Below, piece by piece: positions 1 to 8,827 of a DNA stretch of 42,565 nt. The position numbers and the translations under genes are program-made. The stretch is from a virus: IMG/VR virus record IMGVR_UViG_3300042286_000173; one strand, given 5' to 3'. The notes under the pieces are model-generated. The model searched no databases. It was not told the DNA's origin and saw only the letters and a list, made by a program, of their open reading frames with translations. The stretch's first letter is position 1. Each line of letters begins with the position of its first letter.

Positions 1-127
1 CTCACGTTCGCGGCCCCGATCCGCAGAGAAGCAGACAAGCGGGTGAAGGCTCGAACCTACGACCCGCGCACCTACAAATAAGGAGCTCTATCATGTGCAG
101 CAGTAAACCCAGCATGCCCTCGACCCC
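1..127. repeat. Terminal overlap, copy 1. Identical to 42439-42565. Circular-assembly redundancy, not a physical terminal repeat.
   Basis: Read directly: both copies run ctcacgttcgcggccccgatcc...cagcatgccctcgacccc. The overlap spans the TerL stop (79-81 = 42517-42519) and the start of the next ORF (93 = 42531). Confidence 0.95.
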
Positions 128-308
128 GCCGCCCCCGCCGCCCCCGCCGCCCCCGAAGAATCCTAAAGAGATCTCGGCGGCGTCCAAGGAAGCGAAGCAG
201 GCGCAGGCCGATAAGGCCGCGGCCAACTACGGCGCGAGTGCAACCATAAGCACAAGCCCGCTCGGCCTCAACGAAGCGGCGAACATCAAGAAAAACAAGC
301 TCGGCTAA
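93..308 (+). CDS. Small protein (71 aa) with a Pro10 tract, function unknown
   Basis: ATG preceded by AAGGAG (aaataaggagctctatcATG). It sits between TerL and the portal gene. Translation starts MCSSKPSMPSTPPPPPPPPPPKNPKE and has a basic C-terminus. Confidence 0.6.
   Translation: MCSSKPSMPSTPPPPPPPPPPKNPKEISAASKEAKQAQADKAAANYGASATISTSPLGLNEAANIKKNKLG
126..155 (+). repeat. Tandem (ccgccgccc) x3.3 encoding ten consecutive prolines
   Basis: Read directly: ccgccgccc ccgccgccc ccgccgccc ccg, in frame with ORF 93..308. Confidence 0.9.
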
Positions 309-318
309 GGGGGGCGTC

Positions 319-2031
319 ATGTCGCTACGCACTAAACTGGATGATCTGCGCGCGCGCCACGATCAGCTCCTGCATGACCGCGAGCCGTGGGAACCCGCTT
401 GGGAAGACGTGGCCAAGCATTTCCTGCCGCATAAGTGCCGATTCACGGACAAAGAGGACGTGACGCGGACGAACGGGGGCATCCTGCGGGAGTCTCCGCT
501 CAACGCTGCAGGTATTTACGCGTTGCGTGATCTGGCCGCGGGGCTGCACGGCGGCATGACGTCACCGGCGAGACCGTGGTTCCGGCTCACACTGCCGGAC
601 CGCGATCTTGCGCGGCACCGCACTGTGCGCGAGTGGCTGGATGGGAACACAAAGGCTATGCGCAACGTGTTTGCGCGGTCGAATTTCTACCGCGCGGCAC
701 ACGAGATTTACGGGGAGCTGGGCGGCTTCGGCTCCGGTTTCATGTTTATAAAGCCTCATTCCCTCGACCAGACGCGCCTCATTTTCAGCCCGCTCACCGT
801 CGGGGAGTATTCCATGGCGGACAACGAGATCGGGGACATAGACACGATATCCCGCGTGCTCGTTATGACCGCCCGGCAGATTGTGCGCGAGTTCGGGTAC
901 GATAACTGTTCCGATGATGTGAAACGCGCTTTCGATCTGGCTTCATCCACGATGACGCGGTTCAAAGTTGTGCACATGGTGTACCCCCGCAACGACCGCG
1001 ATCCGAACAAACTTGACGCGAAAAACAAACGTTTCGCGTCTATCTGGTTTGAAGAGGGGTCGAGGGACAAGCTGCTCCGCGAGTCCGGGTTCGATGTTTT
1101 CCCGGGTGTCGGCGTGCGCTGGTCTGTCACGGGCCACGACGTATACGGCGTGTCTCCTGCGATGGATACTCTCGGGGATGTGAAGATGCTCCAGAATATG
1201 GAGTACACGCACCTCAAGGGCCTGCACAAGATGGCCGACCCACCTACAGGTTCCGGTTCGGATATGGACCGGCTCGACCTGCACCCCGGTGGCCAGAACC
1301 CCGGTGTAGTGACTAACACGGGCGCGATGGGTGTTTACCCGATCTATCAGGTGGACCCGCGCACGCAGGAGCTACAGCTCAAGATCAACGATGTGAAGCA
1401 GCAGATCCGCGAGGGCATGTACAACGATCTGTTCTCTATGCTGTCCCGCTCGCCTGTCAGCAACATGACGGCGACGCAGGTAGCGGAGATGCAGGAAGAA
1501 AAGCTCATCATGCTGGGGCCGGTTATCGAGCGGCTCAACGATGAGTTTTTCATGCCTCTTATCGACATAACGTTCGCGCATATGCTGGCCAATGAGATGG
1601 TGCCGCCGCCCCCCGAAGAGATACAGGGCATGCCTATCAAGGTTGAGTTTGTGTCACTGCTCGCGCAGGCGCAGAAACAGCTCGGCACCGTGGCTGTGGA
1701 ACGGTACATGAATTTCGTGGTCAACTATGGGCAGGCTATCCCCGAGCTCATGGACTCACCGGAAATTGACCGCGTGGGCGACGGCTACGCGGAGATGCTC
1801 GGGGTGGACGTTGAGATGGTGGCTTCGCAGGCCGATAGGGACGCGAAGCGCCAGCAGCGTGCGCAGATGCAGCAACAGGCTGTTATGGCGGAACAGGCGC
1901 AGCAGGCGGCCACCGCCGCGCACTCCGCGGGCAATACGCCCACCAAGGGCGGGGAGTCCTCGCTCCTCGATGACGTTATGGAATCCCTCACAGGCGCCGC
2001 AGCTAACACGGTGGCGGGAGATATAGTCTGA
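319..2031 (+). CDS. Portal (head-tail connector) protein
   Basis: 570 aa, placed after the terminase and before scaffold and capsid. The N-terminus ...HDREPWEPAWEDVAKHFLP... and an acidic, Q-rich C-terminal tail are typical of podovirus (T7 gp8-type) portals. Confidence 0.85.
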   Translation: MSLRTKLDDLRARHDQLLHDREPWEPAWEDVAKHFLPHKCRFTDKEDVTRTNGGILRESPLNAAGIYALRDLAAGLHGGMTSPARPWFRLTLPDRDLARHRTVREWLDGNTKAMRNVFARSNFYRAAHEIYGELGGFGSGFMFIKPHSLDQTRLIFSPLTVGEYSMADNEIGDIDTISRVLVMTARQIVREFGYDNCSDDVKRAFDLASSTMTRFKVVHMVYPRNDRDPNKLDAKNKRFASIWFEEGSRDKLLRESGFDVFPGVGVRWSVTGHDVYGVSPAMDTLGDVKMLQNMEYTHLKGLHKMADPPTGSGSDMDRLDLHPGGQNPGVVTNTGAMGVYPIYQVDPRTQELQLKINDVKQQIREGMYNDLFSMLSRSPVSNMTATQVAEMQEEKLIMLGPVIERLNDEFFMPLIDITFAHMLANEMVPPPPEEIQGMPIKVEFVSLLAQAQKQLGTVAVERYMNFVVNYGQAIPELMDSPEIDRVGDGYAEMLGVDVEMVASQADRDAKRQQRAQMQQQAVMAEQAQQAATAAHSAGNTPTKGGESSLLDDVMESLTGAAANTVAGDIV

Positions 2032-2396
2032 TGAGCGAAATGTACAACGAGGTGGCCGCGCGGGTTGAGGGCATGTTCGCAGACCCCGGGCGCAAAAGGA
2101 GCGAACGGGACAAGGCGCTCGAGCGTAAGCGCATGCGTAAACTCTTTGAGGCGCAGCTATCCACCCGCGAGGGCCGCGAGCTTGTTATCTGGCTGCTCAG
2201 GCACTGCCACCTGTTTCACACGACATTTACCGGGAACAGCCTCGGGCAGTTTCTCGAAGGTAAGCGCGCTGTGGGGCTGAAAGTGCTTGAAGAGGCCGCA
2301 TATGTGGAGCCTGCTTTTTTCGCTAATGCGATAAAAGAGGGCATAATTGACTGTGAGTCTGTGCTCACGAACGACAAGGAGAAGAGGAATGCCTGA
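2031..2396 (+). CDS. Small head-module protein (Bbp19-like by recollection)
   Basis: ATGA overlap with the portal stop. 121 aa between portal and scaffold. The motif ...GRELVIWLLRHCHLFHTTFTGNSLGQFLEGKRAVGLKVLE recalls the Bordetella phage BPP-1 Bbp19 family. Needs an HMM check. Confidence 0.6.
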   Translation: MSEMYNEVAARVEGMFADPGRKRSERDKALERKRMRKLFEAQLSTREGRELVIWLLRHCHLFHTTFTGNSLGQFLEGKRAVGLKVLEEAAYVEPAFFANAIKEGIIDCESVLTNDKEKRNA

Positions 2397-3165
2397 CGAA
2401 CACACGACCCCCGGCGGAGCGGGTGACACCAATTCCGCCCAAGGCGGAAGCGAGTTCACCCCTGCCATGGGCGGAGAAAACTCCGGGGCAGGCGCGGCCC
2501 CCGAGGGCGGCGCAGGCGGTGAAACGGCGCCCGAAGGCAAAGAGGGTTTTTTCCCTGCCATGGGTGGGGAAGGCGAAGCTCCCGAAGGCGACAAGGCCAA
2601 CGGCGATAAGACCGACGGCGATAAGACCGACGGCAAAGAGGGTGAGGACGGGGGCGAGGTTCCCGAGTCCTATTCTCTTGACAAGGTGGAGCTGCCGGAA
2701 GGCGTCGAGGTAAGCGATGCGCTGCTCGAGAGCTTCACCCCCGTGGCCAAGGAGCTGGGCTTGTCGCAGGAAAAATTCGACAAGGCCGCGAAGTGGTTTG
2801 CGGAACAGCAGGCCGAACAGGAGCAGGCGCGTACGAACGAGCTTATCCGGTTCTTTGACGATCGGGACAAGACGCGGCTTGACGCGCTCCGGGCTGACGC
2901 CGAGGTAGGCGGGGATCGTCTGCGTGCGAGCCACCAGCTCGTGAACCGGTTCCTGAAAACCTTTGATACCGACGGCGAAGCGGTGAAGTACCTCGGCGAA
3001 ATGCGCGAGCAATTCAACCCCGCGCTGTTCAAGATATTCCACCGGGCAGCCAAAGCAATGTCCGACGATGTACTGGTCGGCGGAAACCCGCCGAAGGACG
3101 CGAGAGAAAAGCCTGCGTATGAGCGCATGGGCTGGAAACCTCTCGAAGAATACTCGAAGAAATAA
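2389..3165 (+). CDS. Scaffolding protein
   Basis: ATG at 2389 follows aaggagaagagg, and the longer ORF from 2347 lacks an RBS. The N-terminus is G/E/D-rich and low-complexity, and the rest is helical. It lies immediately upstream of the capsid gene. Confidence 0.7.
   Translation: MPDEHTTPGGAGDTNSAQGGSEFTPAMGGENSGAGAAPEGGAGGETAPEGKEGFFPAMGGEGEAPEGDKANGDKTDGDKTDGKEGEDGGEVPESYSLDKVELPEGVEVSDALLESFTPVAKELGLSQEKFDKAAKWFAEQQAEQEQARTNELIRFFDDRDKTRLDALRADAEVGGDRLRASHQLVNRFLKTFDTDGEAVKYLGEMREQFNPALFKIFHRAAKAMSDDVLVGGNPPKDAREKPAYERMGWKPLEEYSKK
2602..2631 (+). repeat. Perfect 15-bp tandem duplication (ggcgataagaccgac x2) inside the scaffold gene
   Basis: Read directly. It encodes GDKTD-GDKTD. Confidence 0.9.
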
Positions 3166-3192
3166 CCACCATACGGCAGGAGGATACCTAAG

Positions 3193-4221
3193 ATGCCCGC
3201 AACTTTTAATGCCGCGCAGGTGTACACCCTCGCGGAAATGCAGCAGTTTTACGAGCCTGACGGCTCCCTCTCGACGCTGATTAACATGCTCAAGCAGGAC
3301 AACCCCATGCTTGAACATGCCAAGTGGCGCGAGGGCAACCAGACCGACGGCCACAAGCACAAGATTGTGACCAAGCTGCCGCGCCCGGCGTTCCGCCGCC
3401 TGTACAAAGGTGCCAACTATACCAAGTCCGGCGTGGCCGCTGTGCATGACACCTGCCGCCAGATTGTTGACCGCTGGGCGGTGGACGTGGACGAGTTGCA
3501 GATGTACGAAGGTCCGGCAGCACAGAATGCTTTCCGCATGCAGGAAGGCGCGTTGCATGTCGAAGGCATGCGGCAGTTCTTCTTTGAACAGCTCATTTAC
3601 GGCAACATGGACGTCAATGCCGACGAGATCCGCGGGCTGCATGCGCGGTACCCCTACAAAGACGCCCCCGGTGTTATCGACGCCGGAGGGACTACCGGTG
3701 ACATGTGCTCCGTGTGGGGCATTGCGTGGGCGGACAACAACGACCACCGCGGCCTGACCTGCATCACCCCCAAGAATATGAAAGCCGGATTGCAGCACAA
3801 AGACCTCGGCGAGTTCGACGCCTTCGACGAAGACAACAAGCCTTACCGGGCGCTCGGGGATGAATGGAAATGGAATATCGGCACCGCGCTGGGCGACTGG
3901 CGTTATGTCGTGCGCATCGCCAACATTCCCGTGGCCAACCTCGGCAAGCCCGTAGGGGATGCTGATTACGTTGACCTGAAAGACCTTTTCATCAAGGCCA
4001 AGTACGCGCTTTGCACCGCGGCCCGCCGCCGTGTTCAGTGGTACGCGCCTAACGCAATCATGGCCGCCCTTGAAAAGCAGGCCAGCGACAAGGACAACGT
4101 GCACCTGCGCTACGGCGAGTATTTCGACTCGAAAGACGTGCTCATGGTTAACGGCCGCCCGATCTTCGAGTGCGAGGGCATGCTGGAAACCGAAACCCCA
4201 CTTATCGCCACCCCGGCCTAA
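3193..4221 (+). CDS. Major capsid protein
   Basis: AGGAGG RBS and 342 aa. It follows the scaffold, and a stable hairpin lies downstream. Sequence character fits HK97-fold podovirus coat proteins. Confidence 0.85.
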   Translation: MPATFNAAQVYTLAEMQQFYEPDGSLSTLINMLKQDNPMLEHAKWREGNQTDGHKHKIVTKLPRPAFRRLYKGANYTKSGVAAVHDTCRQIVDRWAVDVDELQMYEGPAAQNAFRMQEGALHVEGMRQFFFEQLIYGNMDVNADEIRGLHARYPYKDAPGVIDAGGTTGDMCSVWGIAWADNNDHRGLTCITPKNMKAGLQHKDLGEFDAFDEDNKPYRALGDEWKWNIGTALGDWRYVVRIANIPVANLGKPVGDADYVDLKDLFIKAKYALCTAARRRVQWYAPNAIMAALEKQASDKDNVHLRYGEYFDSKDVLMVNGRPIFECEGMLETETPLIATPA

Positions 4222-4243
4222 GTGGCGGAAGCGAGACCTTAAC

Positions 4244-4263
4244 GAGGGGCTGAAACGCCCCTC
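4244..4263 (+). promoter_or_regulatory. Stem-loop after the capsid gene (gaggggc-tgaaac-gcccctc)
   Basis: 7-bp GC-rich stem read directly, with no U-tract after it. Likely an mRNA-stabilising or attenuating hairpin. Confidence 0.5.
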
Positions 4264-4286
4264 ATAACCAAATAAGGGAATGACCC

Positions 4287-4730
4287 ATGCTTGATAATCT
4301 CGCGATCTTTTCCGATCATCAGGCCATTACCGGCACCGCGTTGTCGGCGAAGGCCATTCAGTTTATGGACCACGTGAAGACCGGTGAGCCCGTGAAGCTC
4401 CTGCTCCGCGTGACGGAAGATTTCAACAACCTTACGAGCCTGACCGTTGAGGTGCACGTTTCGGACACCGAAGGTGGCTCGTACACCAAGCACACCACCG
4501 GCCCGACCATCGTCGCCGCGGACCTGAAAGCGGGCGCGGACCTCGGTATCCGGTTCCTGCCGCCTGTCGGCAAGCCTTGGGTGAAGCTCAACTACGTTGT
4601 AGTGGGCACCGCCCCGACCACCGGCAAGGCGTTCGCTGCCGTCGTCGAAGGCGAAGACTACCCGTGGCGCGACGGACTGTATTTCAGCCCCCGCAACCCT
4701 TCGGGTGCTGCTGCCACCGCTAAACCCTAG
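4287..4730 (+). CDS. Capsid decoration/cement protein (Bbp16-like by recollection)
   Basis: 147 aa directly after the capsid gene. The N-terminus MLDNLAIFSDHQAITGTALSAKAIQF recalls the Bbp16 cement family. Confidence 0.6.
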   Translation: MLDNLAIFSDHQAITGTALSAKAIQFMDHVKTGEPVKLLLRVTEDFNNLTSLTVEVHVSDTEGGSYTKHTTGPTIVAADLKAGADLGIRFLPPVGKPWVKLNYVVVGTAPTTGKAFAAVVEGEDYPWRDGLYFSPRNPSGAAATAKP

Positions 4731-4744
4731 AAAGGCGGTGTGAC

Positions 4745-5047
4745 ATGAAACTGATTTGCACACGTCAGTGCTTCGCCGGGCGGATGTTCCTGCCCGGTGA
4801 CGCCACCACGGAGGAACAGCTCAAGGCGATGGGGGTTCCCGAAGTGCCCGTGCATTTTGTCCCCGCGGGCTCCGAAGAGGCCGCCGAGGTTTCACTGGAT
4901 GCGGACGGGAACGGTTTTACCACCAAGGACGAAATGGTGGCGTGGCTCAACGCCAAGGGGATTCATTTTCCCCCGAGCGCCAAGAAAGCCGACCTCGCCG
5001 AGCTGATCAAGATTGAAATGGCCAAGCGCGACGACCTCATGGCGTAG
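4745..5047 (+). CDS. Small head-module protein with a C-terminal HeH/SAP-like motif
   Basis: 100 aa. The C-terminal ...SAKKADLAELIKIEMAKR resembles HeH/SAP helix-extension-helix motifs. Confidence 0.55.
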   Translation: MKLICTRQCFAGRMFLPGDATTEEQLKAMGVPEVPVHFVPAGSEEAAEVSLDADGNGFTTKDEMVAWLNAKGIHFPPSAKKADLAELIKIEMAKRDDLMA

Positions 5048-5069
5048 CACGGCCAGCACAAACGGATAG

Positions 5070-5094
5070 AGCGGGGGCTTCGGCCCTCGCTTTC
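5070..5094 (+). terminator. UUCG-tetraloop hairpin followed by TTT (weak intrinsic terminator or RNA stabiliser)
   Basis: agcgggggc-ttcg-gccctcgct gives 9 pairs including one G-U, followed by ttt. It lies between the head and tail gene blocks. Confidence 0.4.
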
Positions 5095-5107
5095 CAAGGA
5101 GCCCCCG

Positions 5108-5719
5108 ATGCCCTCGGATGAACATATTTGCAGTATGGCGCTCCGCGAGGCGGGGCTCACCACCACCATAGCCAGCCTCGACGAAAACTCCCCCGAAGCC
5201 CGCGCCTGTAAGCTTTTCTACCACAACACCCGCGACACCGTTCTGCGTGATCACCCTTGGAATTTTGCGCAGAAGTCTAAGCGCCTTTCACAGGTGGCCG
5301 CGCCCGACGGGTACGACGACTATGATTATGTCTATGTGTACCCCGTGGACTGCATAAAGGCCCGCGTCGTCCGCGCGTCCGGAGACAAGACTCCGCGCGA
5401 GTTCGAGGTGCGCCACCATCCCACGGAAGACTACCGCGTTATCCTGACTGATCAGGCCGCGGCCATTCTCGACTACACCATGGTGGCCGCTAACCCCGAC
5501 GTGTACGATGCGGGTTTTGTGGACGCGCTGGCGCTCCGGCTCGGTGCGCGACTGGCTGCGGACCTGCGTAAAGATTTGCAGACAGAGCAGGCGCTGCTCA
5601 CCAAGTACGCTAATTTCATAGAGCGCGCCCGTCTGGCTGACAAGCAGGAAGGCAAGCCCGACACCATCGAAAAAGTCCCGTGGGTCGAGGCGCGCACGGT
5701 ATGGGGGCGCAGAGCATGA
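5108..5719 (+). CDS. Tail tubular protein A / adaptor (T7 gp11-like)
   Basis: AAGGAG RBS. ...ICSMALREAGLTTTIASLDENSPEARACKLFYHNTRDTVLRDHPWNFA matches the N-terminal pattern of gp11-type adaptors, and it is syntenic with the gp12-like gene. Confidence 0.7.
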   Translation: MPSDEHICSMALREAGLTTTIASLDENSPEARACKLFYHNTRDTVLRDHPWNFAQKSKRLSQVAAPDGYDDYDYVYVYPVDCIKARVVRASGDKTPREFEVRHHPTEDYRVILTDQAAAILDYTMVAANPDVYDAGFVDALALRLGARLAADLRKDLQTEQALLTKYANFIERARLADKQEGKPDTIEKVPWVEARTVWGRRA

Positions 5720-7803
5720 GCCCGCTCATAAACGCTATCAAGCGTAATTTCACCGGCGGCGAGGTGGCACCCACGTTTGAAAGCCGCGACGACGTGGCAA
5801 AGTATTCTTCGGCCTGCCGCGTAATGGAAAATTTCATACCGCAGGTACACGGCGGCGCATACTTTCGCGGCGGCCTGCAGCTCGTCGGGGAGCTACCGGC
5901 ACCGTTCGTCGTTATCCCCTTTGCGTTCAATACCGACCCTGAGGATACGTACGCGCTGTGCTTTTACCCCGGAAAGCTCCGGATAGCGCAGGGCTTCGGC
6001 ATGGTAATTGACTCCTCGTCCGTCGTTGTCGAGGTTGATACGCCGTTCACGGTAGCAGACCTGTATAAGCTGCGGTACACCCAATCCGCTGACGTTGTGT
6101 ATCTATCCAGCAGCGGGGCGCATCCACTCCACAAGCTCACACGGCTTGCCCACGATAATTGGACACTGGCCGAGGTGGCGTTTACTCCGGACGTGTCGGC
6201 TCCCACGGGCGGCGCAGGTACGTGGCATGGCGCCGCCAGTTCGTTCACCCTGCGTTATGTTGTTACCTCGGTGACGAACACCGGCAAGGAGTCCGTGGGT
6301 TCCTCACCTGTGGAGATCGCGGACGCGAAGTACGCCACGGACTGGACGGAAGGGGAGTATGTTTCCCTGACGTGGGATGCTGTGACTGACGCGGTGGAGT
6401 ACAATATTTATAAAGAGGACGGCGGCCGGTACGGCTTTGTGGGCACTGCCAAGACAACGACGTTCCGCGATGATAATTACAGTCCGGATATGTCCGACTC
6501 CCCGCAGGCGGAGTATCTGCCCTTTGCGGACGGCAACCACCCGCACAGCCTCGCGTTGCATATGCAACGGCTATGGGTCGGCGGTGCGGCGAAAAACCCG
6601 CGTACGCTGTACGCCTCGCGCATTGGTGACCTCGAGAATTTCAACAAGTCTTTCCCGTTGCAGGACGATGATTCCCTCGAGCTGCCGCTGGACACGAGCG
6701 ACGGGTCAGGTTCGGGCCACGGTTCCGTGAGCGTCATTCAGTGGCTGTGCCCGTTCAGCGATTTGCTGCTCGGTACGGCGGCGGGGGAGTACAAGATCGC
6801 AGGGGCGGGCGGCTCCGGTCCGGTGACGGCGGGGAGCAACGAAGCGAAGCCTCAAAGTCATTGGGGTTCCGCGGACATATCGCCGCTTGTTATCGGGGAC
6901 TCCATGCTCACCATGACCCGTCACCGCACAAAAGTGCGAGACCTGTTTTTCTCCCTCGAGAAGGACGGTTACGCGGGCAACGATCTGTCGATACTGGCCG
7001 CGCACTTGTTCCAAGGGTACAAGCTCATATCATGGGCATATCAGTCCGAGCCCGACTCGGTTGTGTGGGCGGTACGCGATGACGGGCTGCTGCTCGGGTT
7101 CACGTACCACAAAGAACACGAGATATGGGGCTGGTTCCGCGCACCCACAAAAGGCCGTGTGCTGTCAGTGGCCACGGTTCCGGCCGACGACGTTAACGAG
7201 GACGCTTTGTATGTTGCTGTTGAACGCGAGATTCAAGGGGTTAAGAGGTATTTTCTCGAGCGGCTGTCACCCAAGTGGCGCGAGCGGCAGGGGCTGGAGA
7301 ACGCCGTTTTTCTGGACTCGTCGCTTTCCTATTCCGGCGAAGCCAAGGACACCTTTACGGGGCTTGATCACCTTGAAGGTGAGACGGTTGCGGCGTTCGC
7401 TGACGGGGACGTGGTGGAAAACCTTGTCGTGACCGGCGGCTCCGTTACGCTACCCCGGGCGGCGGGCATTGTGCATATTGGGCTGCCGTATTCCGGAGCG
7501 CTTGCACCTCTGCCCGTGGAGATGGACACGAACACCGGATCGTCGCAGGGCAAGGTGCGTGCTCTTGGGCAGGTACACTTGCGTTTCGCCGAGACCGTAG
7601 GCGGAAGGGTAGGCACCAGTCCGGAGAACGCCTCCGAGATAAAATACGAGTTCAATATCGGGGCGGCCGTCGAGGTCTTCACCGGCACCGTGACCTGTTC
7701 GCTTGAAAACGGAGTCGGCCCGAGTCCTACGGTTTACGTCATTCAGGACCGGCCGCGGCCCATGACGGTCATGGCCATAATCGAAACGGTGTCCGCATCA
7801 TGA
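5716..7803 (+). CDS. Tail tubular protein B / nozzle (T7 gp12-like)
   Basis: ATGA overlap at 5716. 695 aa starting MSPLINAIKRNFTGGEVAPTFESRDDVAKYSSACRVMENF. Size and position match the gp12 slot. Confidence 0.7.
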   Translation: MSPLINAIKRNFTGGEVAPTFESRDDVAKYSSACRVMENFIPQVHGGAYFRGGLQLVGELPAPFVVIPFAFNTDPEDTYALCFYPGKLRIAQGFGMVIDSSSVVVEVDTPFTVADLYKLRYTQSADVVYLSSSGAHPLHKLTRLAHDNWTLAEVAFTPDVSAPTGGAGTWHGAASSFTLRYVVTSVTNTGKESVGSSPVEIADAKYATDWTEGEYVSLTWDAVTDAVEYNIYKEDGGRYGFVGTAKTTTFRDDNYSPDMSDSPQAEYLPFADGNHPHSLALHMQRLWVGGAAKNPRTLYASRIGDLENFNKSFPLQDDDSLELPLDTSDGSGSGHGSVSVIQWLCPFSDLLLGTAAGEYKIAGAGGSGPVTAGSNEAKPQSHWGSADISPLVIGDSMLTMTRHRTKVRDLFFSLEKDGYAGNDLSILAAHLFQGYKLISWAYQSEPDSVVWAVRDDGLLLGFTYHKEHEIWGWFRAPTKGRVLSVATVPADDVNEDALYVAVEREIQGVKRYFLERLSPKWRERQGLENAVFLDSSLSYSGEAKDTFTGLDHLEGETVAAFADGDVVENLVVTGGSVTLPRAAGIVHIGLPYSGALAPLPVEMDTNTGSSQGKVRALGQVHLRFAETVGGRVGTSPENASEIKYEFNIGAAVEVFTGTVTCSLENGVGPSPTVYVIQDRPRPMTVMAIIETVSAS

Positions 7804-8282
7804 GGGTAAAAGTCGAGATACGAAAGGCCGTGGCGGAAGACGTCGGCGCGCTGCTCCGCGAAGGGCTGCGCGCGTCTGACGTGCGGGAAGTAAAGCGCAT
7901 GACCGGTGACGGGCCCGCGGAAGCCTTGTGGGAATCCTTTGTGCGCTCGGTGGAAAGCTACTCCGTTTTCGCCGACGGTACGATATGCGCCATGTATGGA
8001 ATGGCGCCAAAGGGGCTTATGTGCAACGACGGAAACCCGTGGTTTCTTGCCACGGATGTTGTTGAAAAGTTCTGGATGCAGTTTGCCGTCGTATCCGGCC
8101 GCGCGGTGCGCGAGCTTTGCGATGGATACGATGAAGTGGTCAACTACGTTGACGTAGAACACGAAAAGTCAATCCGGTGGCTGCAGTGGCTGGGGTTTGA
8201 CGTCTGCAAGGATGTTGTCCGCCTCGGCCCCGAGTCGCACCCGTTCTATAAGTTTACAAGGAAAGGTGCATCATGTGCGTAG
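7800..8282 (+). CDS. Virion-module protein in the T7 gp13 slot, function unknown
   Basis: ATGA overlap with the upstream stop. 160 aa, with an alpha/beta sequence character. Assigned by position only. Confidence 0.55.
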   Translation: MRVKVEIRKAVAEDVGALLREGLRASDVREVKRMTGDGPAEALWESFVRSVESYSVFADGTICAMYGMAPKGLMCNDGNPWFLATDVVEKFWMQFAVVSGRAVRELCDGYDEVVNYVDVEHEKSIRWLQWLGFDVCKDVVRLGPESHPFYKFTRKGASCA

Positions 8283-8818
8283 TAACAACAGCGGTGGCAG
8301 GCAGCGCCACGGCGGCTTTTGCGGCGAACGCGGCTATCGCGGCGTCCGTGGTCGGCGCTGGCATGTCCGCATACGGCGCGTATCAGCAGCAGGAAGCAGC
8401 CAACGCGCAGGCCAAGTACCAGGCGCAGGTGGCGGCGAACAACGCCGAGATAGCCCGCATGGAAGGGGATTACGCGCGCGAGCAGGCGCAGAGGAAAGCG
8501 GACGAGCACCGCGACGAGGTGCGCAGGTTTATCGGCGCACAGCGCGCGGCGCAGAGCGCTTCCGGCTTTATCGTGGATAAGGGGACAAACCTTGATTTGA
8601 CGCTTGACTCCGCGGCGCTTGGCGAGATTGACGCGATGGAGATACTCCACGAAGAGGGCGAGATGGCCGCGTGGCGGTCCGAGCTGAGAGCGTCTAACGC
8701 GGAAGCGCAAAGCGCGTTGTACTCGTCCAGCACTTTCAACTCGTTCACCCCGGCCATGGGTCAGCTCGCGGGCGGCCTGGGCCAAGCCGGCGGCATGTAC
8801 TACACTTTTACGAAATAA
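8273..8818 (+). CDS. Internal virion (ejection) protein, gp14 slot
   Basis: 181 aa. N-terminal hydrophobic A/G/V-rich segment (VVTTAVAGSATAAFAANAAIAASVVGAGM) followed by a Q/A-rich coiled coil. Syntenic position. Confidence 0.6.
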   Translation: MCVVTTAVAGSATAAFAANAAIAASVVGAGMSAYGAYQQQEAANAQAKYQAQVAANNAEIARMEGDYAREQAQRKADEHRDEVRRFIGAQRAAQSASGFIVDKGTNLDLTLDSAALGEIDAMEILHEEGEMAAWRSELRASNAEAQSALYSSSTFNSFTPAMGQLAGGLGQAGGMYYTFTK

Positions 8819-8827
8819 GGGGCGGTC

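Noticed and set aside
1-127. A genuine direct terminal repeat marking the physical genome ends
   Set aside because: The repeat cuts through the 3' end of terL and the start of the next ORF. It has the look of a fixed-k assembly overlap on a circular or permuted molecule.
2423-2713. Alternative-frame ORFs within the scaffold N-terminal region: 2423..2713(+) and 2157..2636(-), with PSVLS/PTAIR repeats
   Set aside because: Their repeat-like peptides are only the off-frame reading of the G/E/D-rich low-complexity scaffold segment and its 15-bp duplication.
2365-4104. Long antisense ORFs opposite clearly coding genes. Examples: 2365..4104(-) 579 aa, 8246..9274(-), 9508..10494(-), 10736..12298(-), 11436..12938(-), 13983..15611(-), 15815..16942(-), 22638..23663(+), 23775..24929(+), 29840..30505(+), 30506..31399(+).
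   Set aside because: They are shadow ORFs of a GC-rich genome. Their translations are R/G/P/S/A-rich with no motifs, and they lack RBS-supported starts. Each overlaps an opposite-strand ORF that has recognisable catalytic or structural motifs and operon-style coupling.
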